NCBI GenBank assembly: GCA_964035545.1
Contig: OZ037766.1
Span: 27,263,673-27,327,672 of the forward strand
DNA: 64,000 nt
Source: Bugula neritina
Taxonomy: Eukaryota; Animalia; Bryozoa
Direction: 5' to 3'
The position numbers and the translations under genes were made by a program. The notes beneath the pieces are model-generated. The model did no database searches. It worked only from the letters and a program-made list of their open reading frames with translations, and was not told where the DNA came from. Numbering within the stretch: position 1 is the stretch's first letter; each line of letters begins with the position of its first letter. This document shows positions 1 to 8,823 of this stretch, piece after piece.

Positions 1-202
1 GAAGATTCTACTGTTGGTAAAAGGCAATCCCCAGAGCAGTCCAACACTCGCTAGCTGTTGGAAGTATCTCTCTCTACACATGTGACCTGTCCAGAAACTA
101 TGGATAAAAACAGTCAATCGTCACCGACTCGGAAACCTGATAAATCTACTCGAAGAACTAGGAGTGGTCGGACGATACGACAGCCAGAAAGGCTGGACTT
201 AT
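1..202 (+). pseudogene. 3' end of a Gypsy-type pol/integrase ORF (older LTR element; the rest lies outside the window)
   Basis: Translates to ...DKSTRRTRSGRTIRQPERLDL*, the typical TRSGR-x-P-x-RL tail of Gypsy pol. It is followed by a 3' UTR, a PPT and an LTR. Confidence 0.65.
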
Positions 203-330
203 AGCCATAGTTTGGCTGCCTACTAGTTTTTTTTGTGTGTTAAAATTTTTGTTTGTGTTTCTACGTTTGTCTTATGCACTAGGAGTGCTCAAAAAAAAGG
301 AGAAAAATTTGACTGAAAATGAAAATTTAA

Positions 331-1020
331 CCCTTACGCGATCAATGGACCATATATGTCCCTCAAAGCGACACTATCCACAGATCAATGGACCATATAT
401 GGTCTTTTAGGTAAATAAACAATAGCGCTTACTTTAAACTTCTAGTTTCCAACCGAACAGCCTAAAACTTTTTGTAATTGATGTTAATAGTGCAGCTTGG
501 TAATTTTGGGATAATTATAGCCATTAAATTTGATTACATTAATAGCTACCAAGCCAGCTAGTTGCTTTTCAATTTAATCCCTAAATTTCAAAATTATCGG
601 TAAATTTTAACGCTACTTTCAAATGCAAGAAACTGCTGTCAATATATAGAGAGCCAGTTTATTTTATTCAGATTACATTTAGAAGAACATCTAAATAAAC
701 AAAAATGTTGTAGTCACTATATTTTGAATTATATTATAAATTAATTTTATCATTTTGAATTTTCAACTTTAAAATGGCGGTTTTGAGAGGTCAAATTAAA
801 CTGACTGATTTTAGCTAAAATTAAGGTCTCCGGTCACTTTAAGAAGCTTTTTATAACAGAAAATACTCTTAAAATTATAATACCCAGTTTATTTAAGGCC
901 AAAATCAAGTGTAACTTTTTAATTATGAAATTGAAAGTTATGCAAATTTTGTTAGCAAATTTCGCGATAAACTCAAACGAGGCATAAAATTACGTAACTT
1001 CAAAGTTGATCGCGAAAGGG
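331..1020. mobile_element. Non-autonomous piggyBac-type MITE (690 bp)
   Basis: TTAA TSD at 327-330 and 1021-1024. 15-bp TIR CCCTTACGCGATCAA / TTGATCGCGAAAGGG (1 mismatch). Subterminal direct repeat GATCAATGGACCATATATG at about 340 and 383. No ORF. Confidence 0.85.
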
Positions 1021-1216
1021 TTAAAAGGGCAAAAAAATAATAATAACAATAATAATAAAGGGGCTGTTGATATGGAATTTACTATTCAACTCTATGACAT
1101 TCTAAAAGTGAAACACCAAGCTTGGAGGAAGGATGTAATAGAATGTCGCTATTGGCTAACGCAAATGACGAGATAAAATAGACAAAACGGCATTCTTGGG
1201 TTCAACACTGAAATAG

Positions 1217-1522
1217 TGTTGAGATTTTCAGATTTAGGGTTGATATGCTATCCAGAGAGTCTATTTATCTAGTATAGAACTGCACCAGGCTAAGTCGAGT
1301 GAACGAGTATATTTTATACACAATTATACATTATAAAAACACGATACATTATTTCTAACAAGTTACACATCTAATCTATTTCACACTCTAGCTTCGACTG
1401 AGTTAGCAGCGGGAAACTACAATTGCTGCTAACTATCAACTACGCTAATTGGCTATCCATTGTTCCGGGTCAATTACGCGACCCTACATGTTGTGCTGCT
1501 GGTAGTTCCACGAACCACCACA
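1217..1522 (-). repeat. 3' LTR of the intact Gypsy
   Basis: Direct repeat of 8415-8720, differing at 1221/8419 and 1512/8710. Preceded on the minus strand by G-rich PPT-like GGTGGGGGCGG (1523-1533). Confidence 0.97.
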
Positions 1523-1811
1523 CCGCCCCCACCAGCAGAAAGCCATCTTTCTGATATATATATAAAAAAAAACATTCAATAGTAATTGCATACATCAGTG
1601 GACAAAATAATACATAATATACAGGAAGAGACATAATAATAGACAGAGTCATTATAACGATCCGTTGCATACAATTGGCCAGCTGTAGATAGACGAGGAA
1701 TACTAGCTAGCTGTGGTGTTAGACAGGGGATAACCTGTTAAGCAGTCAAACATTTACATGACATCTGGGCTTCTCCCAAGAGGCGGAGTTGGAGTACTCC
1801 GGGTAGTCTAA

Positions 1812-2599
1812 CTAGAGTCCTTGTTGGGCACGCCGGTGCTTGGCTTGGCATGTACGCAGTTTCCGTTTCATACGGCATACGGATCCCTTTAGCTGGAAGA
1901 GTCCTGTGGTAGTGTTAAGTAGGTCTGGTGCCAGCTGGGTGAACTCTTCTTGTAATCGTAGGAGGCGTTCTTCTACTGTGGCTAGTCGTACCGGGTCGGG
2001 GGACGGTGTCCGTCTGCGGCGTAAGGGTGGACTGGGGGACCTGGTCCGTCTCTTCGCCGGGGTAGGGGAGATCTCTCCTTCTTCTGGATATGTAGTTTCC
2101 TCGGGGGTGTATGTAATCTGAGGGCGGTCAGACACCAACGGGGATTGTTGGCGGGCGTTGTCTAACACACGTTGGAACCCCGAGGATAGAACGGCTAATA
2201 GCATGGCCTTCTTTACCAGAGGTCGTATATGTGTGAGGAACTCCGGGTACAGCTTAGCGTCGACCACATAGTTTTCCCCAGGGAAACAGCCCGCCGCTCT
2301 GTGCCTGGTGACGGGGTAGGGATACACATCATTGTACCCGCAGGGGCAGAAGGTCAGTAGGAGATGAGCATTGACGTGTAGTTTAAGGGAGCGATGAGAG
2401 GCGCAATCTTCACCACATATCTGGCATCTCGTCCGTCCTCTGGACCCCCAGGCTGTTTCTATTTCTTCTTCGGTTTGTGGAGACACCCACCGCCAACGGC
2501 GGCGTAGTGGCTCAGGCCGGTCACCATTAGCATAGTCCTCCGGATACGGAGCGGGAAGTGTTCTATCCCGTACCCTGGTTGTAGCGGGTCGAGTGTAAT
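1812..2599 (-). CDS. Gypsy ORF3 main exon: zinc-finger (C2H2 + C2HC) / RS-P-rich / coiled-coil accessory protein; predicted spliced to gag exon 8383-8341 (276 aa)
   Basis: Open frame 2633-1812 with no in-frame ATG at its 5' end. C-x2-C-x12-H-x3-H (CQICGEDCASHRSLKLHVNAH) followed by C-x-C-x12-H-x4-C. KRRTRSPSPPLRRRRTPSP segment and a C-terminal heptad-like helix. TACTAAC branch point and TTTTTCAG acceptor at 2625-2600. Confidence 0.8.
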
Positions 2600-2912
2600 C
2601 TGAAAAAGTTTCAACAGTGTTAGTACAGTACACTGCTGTGTTGTCAGCTTGGACAGCTTGGCAACTCCTAATTCAGTTACCTCGTAGAGATTAATGATAG
2701 TGAATAGTCAGATAGAACCGTATTGCAATGAGATTATAAAAATCTCTAAGTCAAACTGAGTTCTTACTACGGTATTTCACTAACCTATCTCCAGCTCGAT
2801 TGACTCAGTGAGTCAGAGCTGAGCGATGCAATCTAGTTTCGTATTAAGATATAGTTAACTCACCCCACGATCTGTTGTCGTAAGACATACTGAATATGTG
2901 AAATGGTTTGAA

Positions 2913-5900
2913 CTACTGCTTAGAAACACGTCTACTCTTGACTGCATCAGCGTATGAAAAGATCGAGCAACGTGGTTGGGGTGCGTGATTAAGACTTTGT
3001 GCACCCGGCGGATGAATTTTGTTTCTATTTCCGCCGATACAAAAGTTGATATTTCCGTGGTGTTGACAACTCCCACATTTGCTCGATTCTTTTCTTGTAC
3101 GGTTTTCCCCTAGACTTTCATGTGTGCCGCTTTTAACGCAGTCACATACGAAGTCCTTTAAGTATGCGGGGGGTTGCCTCGTACGCTGTCCCCTTTCTAG
3201 GGGGGGTGACACGCTTGCCGGTTCGTTAGTAGGGGCCTCTAATGGCGTCTCTACTTCACCGTCAGCAGTCACCTCTTCTTGTTCTCCGGATGGAGCCCCT
3301 CCCTCCGTGGGGGTTTGCACTTCCGGAACCGGCTCGGTTTCTGGAAGTGATGGAATTAGACTTGGCGGTGGCGGATACGCTTCTGTTGGTAGAAGCTGCC
3401 GCTCCTCTCTCACCAAGTTTTCTTCCCGCGGTATGACCACTTCGTATTCAGGTCCATGCCGCCGTCGCCCGCGCGTTGTTGTCTGCCTTCTGGGCTCTAA
3501 CAATGGGGGGGCTTCTCCCACTCCGCCGGGGCTAGCCCAATACGGTTTCAAGCGAGACTCATTCTGGATAGATACCTGTCCTGAGCGCTCGATCTTGTAC
3601 GTATGATTGGGCATAGCCTCGACGACCACGTAGGGGCCTACGAACTTAGGCTTCAGCTTATCAGCCTGTCCGCGGCGCCTACGGTAATTGACCATCCACA
3701 CCTTACCTCCCCTTTGGTAGAGAGGGGGTTCATCGGAATCCTCGTGCCGCACATTCCACTGCTGTTGACGCAGTATCTCGTGTGCGGCCTTCATCCGTTC
3801 CACTAGTTTACTGGCATACTCATGGACTGAGTTATCCTGCTCTGGAACGTGATAGGTGAGATGGTCAGGGACACGAGTCTCCCTCCCGAGCATCAAGAGG
3901 TTTGGGGTCTCACCAGTACTGGTGTGTGGGGTGCTACGGTATGCACGCATGACTTGCGGCAACACCGTATCCCATTCCTCTTGACCTCGTCCAAGGAGGA
4001 GACTCCGGAGTGCATCACCTAGCATCCGGTTGTTGCGCTCCACCACCCCGTTACCTTGAGGGTGGTAGGGGGTGGTCCTGCTCTGATTTACTCCCCAGAG
4101 GTGGCAAAGGTCGCTCATCAGTTGAGACTGGAATTGAGCGCCTTGATCAGAGTGTATCTGTTCGGGAAGCCCAAAATAACAGAATACATGTTGGTCTAGT
4201 GCCCTGGCCACTGTTGGGGCTGATGCATCTGGGATCGCCAGAGCATCCGCCCACCTAGTAAAGTGGTCGGTTAGTACTAGGATCCAATTATTGCCTCTGG
4301 GGGTCATGGGCATGGGTCCGACCAGGTCTACAGCGACTACTTGCCAGGGCCTACCAGCATATAGCCTCCGCCGTCCTGCTTCACCAGGGGGGCGGCTATG
4401 CTTACTGGCCTGGCAGATCTCACACTGTTTGACTCTGAGCCGGACGTCACGCTCCATCTGCGGCCAATACCACCGGAGTCGTAATTTGGATATCACTCGC
4501 TTGACCCCTGCGTGGGCCTGCTTGTGAGTATCCCAAATCAACTCACGGCGGATGGCTGTGGGGCAGACTACCCTCTTCCTTTCCGGGTGTCTGCCGCTGG
4601 CAGCTAGAGAGATGGTTAGCAACCCATCCTGCCCGATCCGCAGCGAGTCCCAACGCTGACAGTATAGCCGGAACTCGGCGCATCCCTGTCGTATGCGTTC
4701 CTCGCTGGGTCGTCGCCCTTCCTTTTTGGCCCGGTATATGTCTGCCACGACTCCAGGCAGCTCTTCTTGGAGCTTCTTCAGCTCTCGAACATTACCGGAC
4801 AGTACAGGGTTGGCGCGGAGGTTTTGTACATCCTCCGGGGACTCATCAACTCTCTGCCTGAGTTGACCTTGATCCCAGTCAAATGATGCTCCGTGATGAG
4901 CCAGCGTCTCCAACTCGCATCGTGGGGGACCTCCATCCCTCCTCTCGATGTTGAGACACTGTTTGCAACCTCCGTCAGGTCGGCGACTCAACCCATCCGC
5001 ATTGCTGTGTCTCTTGCCCGGTCGATGTTCGATCCGGTATGAGAATTCAGCTAGGATTTCGAGCCACCGGGCGACCTGACTAGAGGGCTCTGCTCTCCTG
5101 CACAACCAGATCAGCGAGGCATGATCCGTACGCAGCCGGAACTTCCTGCCATATAGGTATGGTCTGAAGTGCTTCACTGACTTGATTACTGCCAGCAGCT
5201 CCTTGCGGGTAGTGCAGTAATTTCGTTCAGCGGGAGAGAGAGACTTGCTGTAGTAGGCTACTACTACCTCTCGGCCTTCCTGCACTTGTGACAACACAGC
5301 GCCAACATTCTGGTCACTGGCGTCCGTGTCTAGGATGTACTCCAGAGTGGGGTCTGGGTAGGCCAAGATGGGTGCCGTTAGTAGGCAGCCCTTGAGGCGG
5401 TCGAACGCTTCTTGTTCGACTGGAGTCCACTGCCACGTCACTCCCTTTGCGGTGAGCCGGTTTAACGGCTGGGCTATGCCCGCAAAGTCTGGTATGTATT
5501 GCCTGTAATACCCTACCAGCCCCAAGAAAGCCCGGAGTCCGGTCAAGTCTTGGGGGGTGACCCAGTCTTCTACTGCCCGTACCTTTTCGGGATCCGTTGC
5601 CACGCCGTTTCGACCGACAACGTGCCCCAGGTACTTGACCTCCGGCTGCAATAGAGCGCACTTGGAAGGTTTGAGCTTAAGACCGGCACCTCGGAGTCTC
5701 TCGAAAACCTCCTGCAGACGACTGACATGTGTCTCGAAGTCTGGAGAGATTACGATGACATCATCGAGGTAGACCAGCAGTGTCTTCCAATGGAGTCCGC
5801 TAAGGACTTGTTCCATCAGCCTCTGGAAGGTGGCTGGGGCGGAGGTTAACCCGAAGGGCAGCACCTTCCACTTCCACAAACCGTCCCGTGTGATAAACGC

Positions 5901-7481
5901 CGCTTTCTCCTGGGCGTCGGGACTCAGAGGAACCTGCCAATAGCCGCTTAGCAAGTCTAACGTACTGAAGTACTTGCTGCCGGCTAGGGCGTCCAATGAC
6001 TCGTCAATACGAGGTAGAGGGTAGGCGTCCTGTATGGTTACGCTATTGAGTTTGCGGTAGTCCACACAGAACCGCCAACTGCCGTCTTTCTTCCAGACCA
6101 GTACGACTGGCGAGCTCCACGCACTATGGGCGGGCTCTATCAGTCCCCGGTCCAGAAGATCCCGTACTTGTCGGCTAACCTCCTTCTCTTTCTCCGGCCC
6201 CAGCCTGCGCGTGGGCTGCCGGACAGGGACTGTCCCTGCAGTCAGCGGTATTTCGTGTCTGACAACTCCAGTCAGTCCCACGTCATGCTCTCCGCTGCTG
6301 AACACATCACCGTAGTCGCGTAGTAACTTGGCCATAGCTTGGCGCTCTCTGTTACTCGCGCAGCCGCCACTGGCTGTTTCGTATAACTCCCGGAGATGTG
6401 TTGGGACTGCCCCTCGTCCCTGAATAGGGTGTCGAGGGAGTGCCTCTGTCGCATCACCCAGCGACGGGCCTACGTCTCCCTCCTGAACAGAGTGAAAACG
6501 GCCCAGCATCGACCCAGCCGGGAGCTTGATAGGCTCGGTAAAGGGGTTAACGCACTGCACTAAGATCTCCCCTTGCTCAGTCAGCTGATTCAGACTGCTG
6601 GCAAGTTGGATCTTTTCGTGCGCGCCTTCAACCACCCCGAGTCCAGAGATCCGGCTACTATTCACCCTGCAGTGAATGGTAGCCCGGGAGCGGCCTGGTA
6701 TGGTACGGTTGCGTACCACTTGCACACCTCCCACTAAGGGGCAGCCGAACTTGTCGACGCAGGCGAGTTCCCGCCCGGACATCATCATTGCAGATCTGCT
6801 AAAATCTATGTGACATCCGTGCCGTTTAAGGAACGGCATCCCGAGGATAGCATCCTCCTTGAGCTGACTGACGATGAACGTCTCTTGGATCGTTTGATTG
6901 CGGACTCGTCCCGTCAGCTCAATTATACCATAGAAGGGAAGGCACGACCCGTCAGCTAGGGTGCCGTATTCCCCTTCGTATGCTTCCATCTCGCCCCTGA
7001 CCCTAGCACTGAGGGTGTCGAAGAGTTGGCGGCTTAAGAGGTTTGTGGTACAGCCCGAATCAATGAGAAAAGTAACAGCTTTGCCTTCCAGTTTGCCGGG
7101 CAAGAAATAGCTGTTCCCATGGGGCTGCACCTGAACTCTCCCTTCAGGCCTTACTCTCGCAGGGAGTACCTCCCTCGCTTTGGGTCGTGAAGGAGGTCTC
7201 CTGGGGCGGTGATAGGTAGGCCTCGGGGGTGCCGAGGCTAGATTCTCAGCTACCTCTGTGTGCTCCCATCCAGATTCTTGGACTTGTAGCCCTGTGAATC
7301 TGTTGTGAAGGGGCATAGAAAAGGCAGCCGCGGGGCGAAGCCCCTTGCTGGTCCGTCGTGGCTGTTGCCACTGTTGGTTGCCAGTACGCGGTACCCGTCT
7401 GGGTGACCTGCGTTTCTTCTTCCCTAGAGGTTTCGTCGGCCCGCGGAAGGTGGGAACATCTGCGGGCCGCGGTAGTTTAAC
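2913..7481 (-). CDS. pol: Gypsy Pol (protease, RT, RNase H, integrase), expressed by -1 frameshift from gag
   Basis: FLIDSGC (PR), YLDD (RT), LDTDASD (RNase H), H-x3-H...CEIC plus D-D-E (VAVDLVG, IHSDQG, VVERNNR) and GPY (integrase), in Gypsy order. The open frame extends to 7541. Confidence 0.97.
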   Translation of the reverse strand, partial: VKLPRPADVPTFRGPTKPLGKKKRRSPRRVPRTGNQQWQQPRRTSKGLRPAAAFSMPLHNRFTGLQVQESGWEHTEVAENLASAPPRPTYHRPRRPPSRPKAREVLPARVRPEGRVQVQPHGNSYFLPGKLEGKAVTFLIDSGCTTNLLSRQLFDTLSARVRGEMEAYEGEYGTLADGSCLPFYGIIELTGRVRNQTIQETFIVSQLKEDAILGMPFLKRHGCHIDFSRSAMMMSGRELACVDKFGCPLVGGVQVVRNRTIPGRSRATIHCRVNSSRISGLGVVEGAHEKIQLASSLNQLTEQGEILVQCVNPFTEPIKLPAGSMLGRFHSVQEGDVGPSLGDATEALPRHPIQGRGAVPTHLRELYETASGGCASNRERQAMAKLLRDYGDVFSSGEHDVGLTGVVRHEIPLTAGTVPVRQPTRRLGPEKEKEVSRQVRDLLDRGLIEPAHSAWSSPVVLVWKKDGSWRFCVDYRKLNSVTIQDAYPLPRIDESLDALAGSKYFSTLDLLSGYWQVPLSPDAQEKAAFITRDGLWKWKVLPFGLTSAPATFQRLMEQVLSGLHWKTLLVYLDDVIVISPDFETHVSRLQEVFERLRGAGLKLKPSKCALLQPEVKYLGHVVGRNGVATDPEKVRAVEDWVTPQDLTGLRAFLGLVGYYRQYIPDFAGIAQPLNRLTAKGVTWQWTPVEQEAFDRLKGCLLTAPILAYPDPTLEYILDTDASDQNVGAVLSQVQEGREVVVAYYSKSLSPAERNYCTTRKELLAVIKSVKHFRPYLYGRKFRLRTDHASLIWLCRRAEPSSQVARWLEILAEFSYRIEHRPGKRHSNADGLSRRPDGGCKQCLNIERRDGGPPRCELETLAHHGASFDWDQGQLRQRVDESPEDVQNLRANPVLSGNVRELKKLQEELPGVVADIYRAKKEGRRPSEERIRQGCAEFRLYCQRWDSLRIGQDGLLTISLAASGRHPERKRVVCPTAIRRELIWDTHKQAHAGVKRVISKLRLRWYWPQMERDVRLRVKQCEICQASKHSRPPGEAGRRRLYAGRPWQVVAVDLVGPMPMTPRGNNWILVLTDHFTRWADALAIPDASAPTVARALDQHVFCYFGLPEQIHSDQGAQFQSQLMSDLCHLWGVNQSRTTPYHPQGNGVVERNNRMLGDALRSLLLGRGQEEWDTVLPQVMRAYRSTPHTSTGETPNLLMLGRETRVPDHLTYHVPEQDNSVHEYASKLVERMKAAHEILRQQQWNVRHEDSDEPPLYQRGGKVWMVNYRRRRGQADKLKPKFVGPYVVVEAMPNHTYKIERSGQVSIQNESRLKPYWASPGGVGEAPPLLEPRRQTTTRGRRRHGPEYEVVIPREENLVREERQLLPTEAYPPPPSLIPSLPETEPVPEVQTPTEGGAPSGEQEEVTADGEVETPLEAPTNEPASVSPPLERGQRTRQPPAYLKDFVCDCVKSGTHESLGENRTRKESSKCGSCQHHGNINFCIGGNRNKIHPPGAQSLNHAPQPRCSIFSYADAVKSRRVSKQ

Positions 7482-8383
7482 CCCTGATTTAGGAAGGGAC
7501 AGTATCGGCGGAAATGTCCTTGATTTCCGCACTCCCAGCAAAAACTGACTGTTTCTCCCTGTGGCGGCGCCGATGGCCGCATGGGCTCAGGGGCGGTACT
7601 CACTGGGTTTTGTGGTGTCAGTGTTGCTATCAGCTTGGCTAGCATGTCCGTCAGTTGAGTGACTTTTGATGCCGTCGCCGACTGGGACACGGCAGCCGCG
7701 GCGGGGGTTTCCTCCTCTTGTTCCGCGGCCGTGTCTGCGCGGTCTATCTCCACTTGGCGGGAGCTTCCGCGACTTTTATGCATTTGGTTAGCTAGGAGGT
7801 AAGCTTCCCCCTCAGTCAGAGCATCTTCAACGGTGGTGACTCCCCTAGCTAGAAACTGGTGGTGGAGACCCAGATCGTCGACAGATGCTATGAAAGCGTC
7901 GAGGGTGTACCTCTCGCGGTTGACTGGGGGCAAGTCGCTGTACGCGATCTGTGCCAGCTTCATGACTGCGGCGGCATGCTCCCGCAGCGGGGTGCGGGGA
8001 TCACGCCGCAACCTCTGCAATCGGGCCCTGGCATCTGTAGCCGAGAGGCCAAAGCGGGCCCGCAGAGAAGCAAAGATATTATCAATGTCTACGCCCAGCC
8101 CATAGGGCTTGGCTTTGTCCATCAATGCCATTCTAAGCTTCAACAGGGCCACCCTAGGGGGCCACTGAGCGACGTCCATTACGTCGCTAAACTCTTGGAT
8201 AAATTGTTCCACCTCCTCTTCACCCGTGAAGGTGGGCGCCTTTAACCTGTAGCGGTCTTCAGCTAGTTCTCGCGGAACCCTTCGCTCTTCTACTACATGG
8301 TTAACAGGTATTGTCTCTACAGCATTGTCTCTACGCTCACCTTCGATTGCCGGTGGTTGAGTTCCAGCATTTTCAGTCTCCAT
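7424..8383 (-). CDS. gag: Gypsy Gag (319 aa) with CCHC zinc knuckle
   Basis: ATG 13 nt after the PBS. Capsid-like region (APTFTGEEEVEQFIQEF) and CWECGNQGHFRRYC knuckle. Confidence 0.93.
   Translation of the reverse strand: METENAGTQPPAIEGERRDNAVETIPVNHVVEERRVPRELAEDRYRLKAPTFTGEEEVEQFIQEFSDVMDVAQWPPRVALLKLRMALMDKAKPYGLGVDIDNIFASLRARFGLSATDARARLQRLRRDPRTPLREHAAAVMKLAQIAYSDLPPVNRERYTLDAFIASVDDLGLHHQFLARGVTTVEDALTEGEAYLLANQMHKSRGSSRQVEIDRADTAAEQEEETPAAAAVSQSATASKVTQLTDMLAKLIATLTPQNPVSTAPEPMRPSAPPQGETVSFCWECGNQGHFRRYCPFLNQGLNYRGPQMFPPSAGRRNL
7437..7481 (-). promoter_or_regulatory. -1 programmed ribosomal frameshift signal
   Basis: G_TTA_AAC heptamer in the gag frame (7481-7475), 5-nt spacer, and an 8-bp GC stem (7469-7462 with 7444-7437). 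A -1 shift enters the pol frame. Confidence 0.75.
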
Positions 8384-8395
8384 CTTGGATGCACT

Positions 8396-8413
8396 ATCCC
8401 ACCGCTGCCACCA
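8396..8413 (-). promoter_or_regulatory. Primer-binding site complementary to tRNA-Leu 3' end
   Basis: TGGTGGCAGCGGTGGGAT, 1 nt from the 5' LTR. Its complement ATCCCACCGCTGCCACCA matches the known 3' end of metazoan tRNA-Leu(AAG/TAG). Confidence 0.85.
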
Positions 8414-8414
8414 C

Positions 8415-8720
8415 TGTTAAGATTTTCAGATTTAGGGTTGATATGCTATCCAGAGAGTCTATTTATCTAGTATAGAACTGCACCAGGCTAAGTCGAGTGA
8501 ACGAGTATATTTTATACACAATTATACATTATAAAAACACGATACATTATTTCTAACAAGTTACACATCTAATCTATTTCACACTCTAGCTTCGACTGAG
8601 TTAGCAGCGGGAAACTACAATTGCTGCTAACTATCAACTACGCTAATTGGCTATCCATTGTTCCGGGTCAATTACGCGACCCTACATGTTGTGCTGCTGG
8701 TAGTTCCACAAACCACCACA
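8415..8720 (-). repeat. 5' LTR of the intact Gypsy
   Basis: 306-bp direct repeat of 1217-1522. Confidence 0.97.
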
Positions 8721-8823
8721 ATAGCACGGACGCACTAGATCTGCTAACTAGACTTGCCAGGTAATTAAAGCATCTTCTTACAAATAGTATATACATATAT
8801 TCAACGCAAGAGCATTCCAATTG

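Larger units (their letters stand above)
1217..8720 (-). mobile_element. Full-length, recently inserted Ty3/Gypsy LTR retrotransposon (gag, pol, extra ORF3)
   Basis: 306-bp LTRs with TG...CA ends and 2 mismatches. 4-bp TSD ATAG (1213-1216 / 8721-8724). tRNA PBS present and ORFs uninterrupted. Confidence 0.97.
1134..8782 (+). mobile_element. 3' LTR (~141 bp) of the older Gypsy element, split into 1134-1216 and 8725-8782 by the young Gypsy insertion
   Basis: PPT GGAGGAAGGA (1124-1133) lies immediately before TGTAA. After removing the insertion and one ATAG copy, the segment ends in TTACA (8782) with AATTAAA about 15 nt before the end. Confidence 0.65.

Noticed and set aside
2000-2060. Similarity of RRTRSPSPPLRRRRTPSP to the hepadnavirus core C-terminal tail
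   Set aside because: Low-complexity Arg/Ser-Pro composition is common to many nuclear proteins, and there is no other hepadnaviral feature.
1812-2633. ORF3 as an env gene, or initiation at the GTG at 2633
   Set aside because: It has no signal peptide, TM helix or fusion-protein layout. The 11 codons before the acceptor coincide with the branch point and polypyrimidine tract and are not conserved as protein in the second copy.
3079-8245. Several + strand ORFs (65-175 aa) within the intact Gypsy
   Set aside because: Antisense shadows of GC-rich gag/pol with no motifs.
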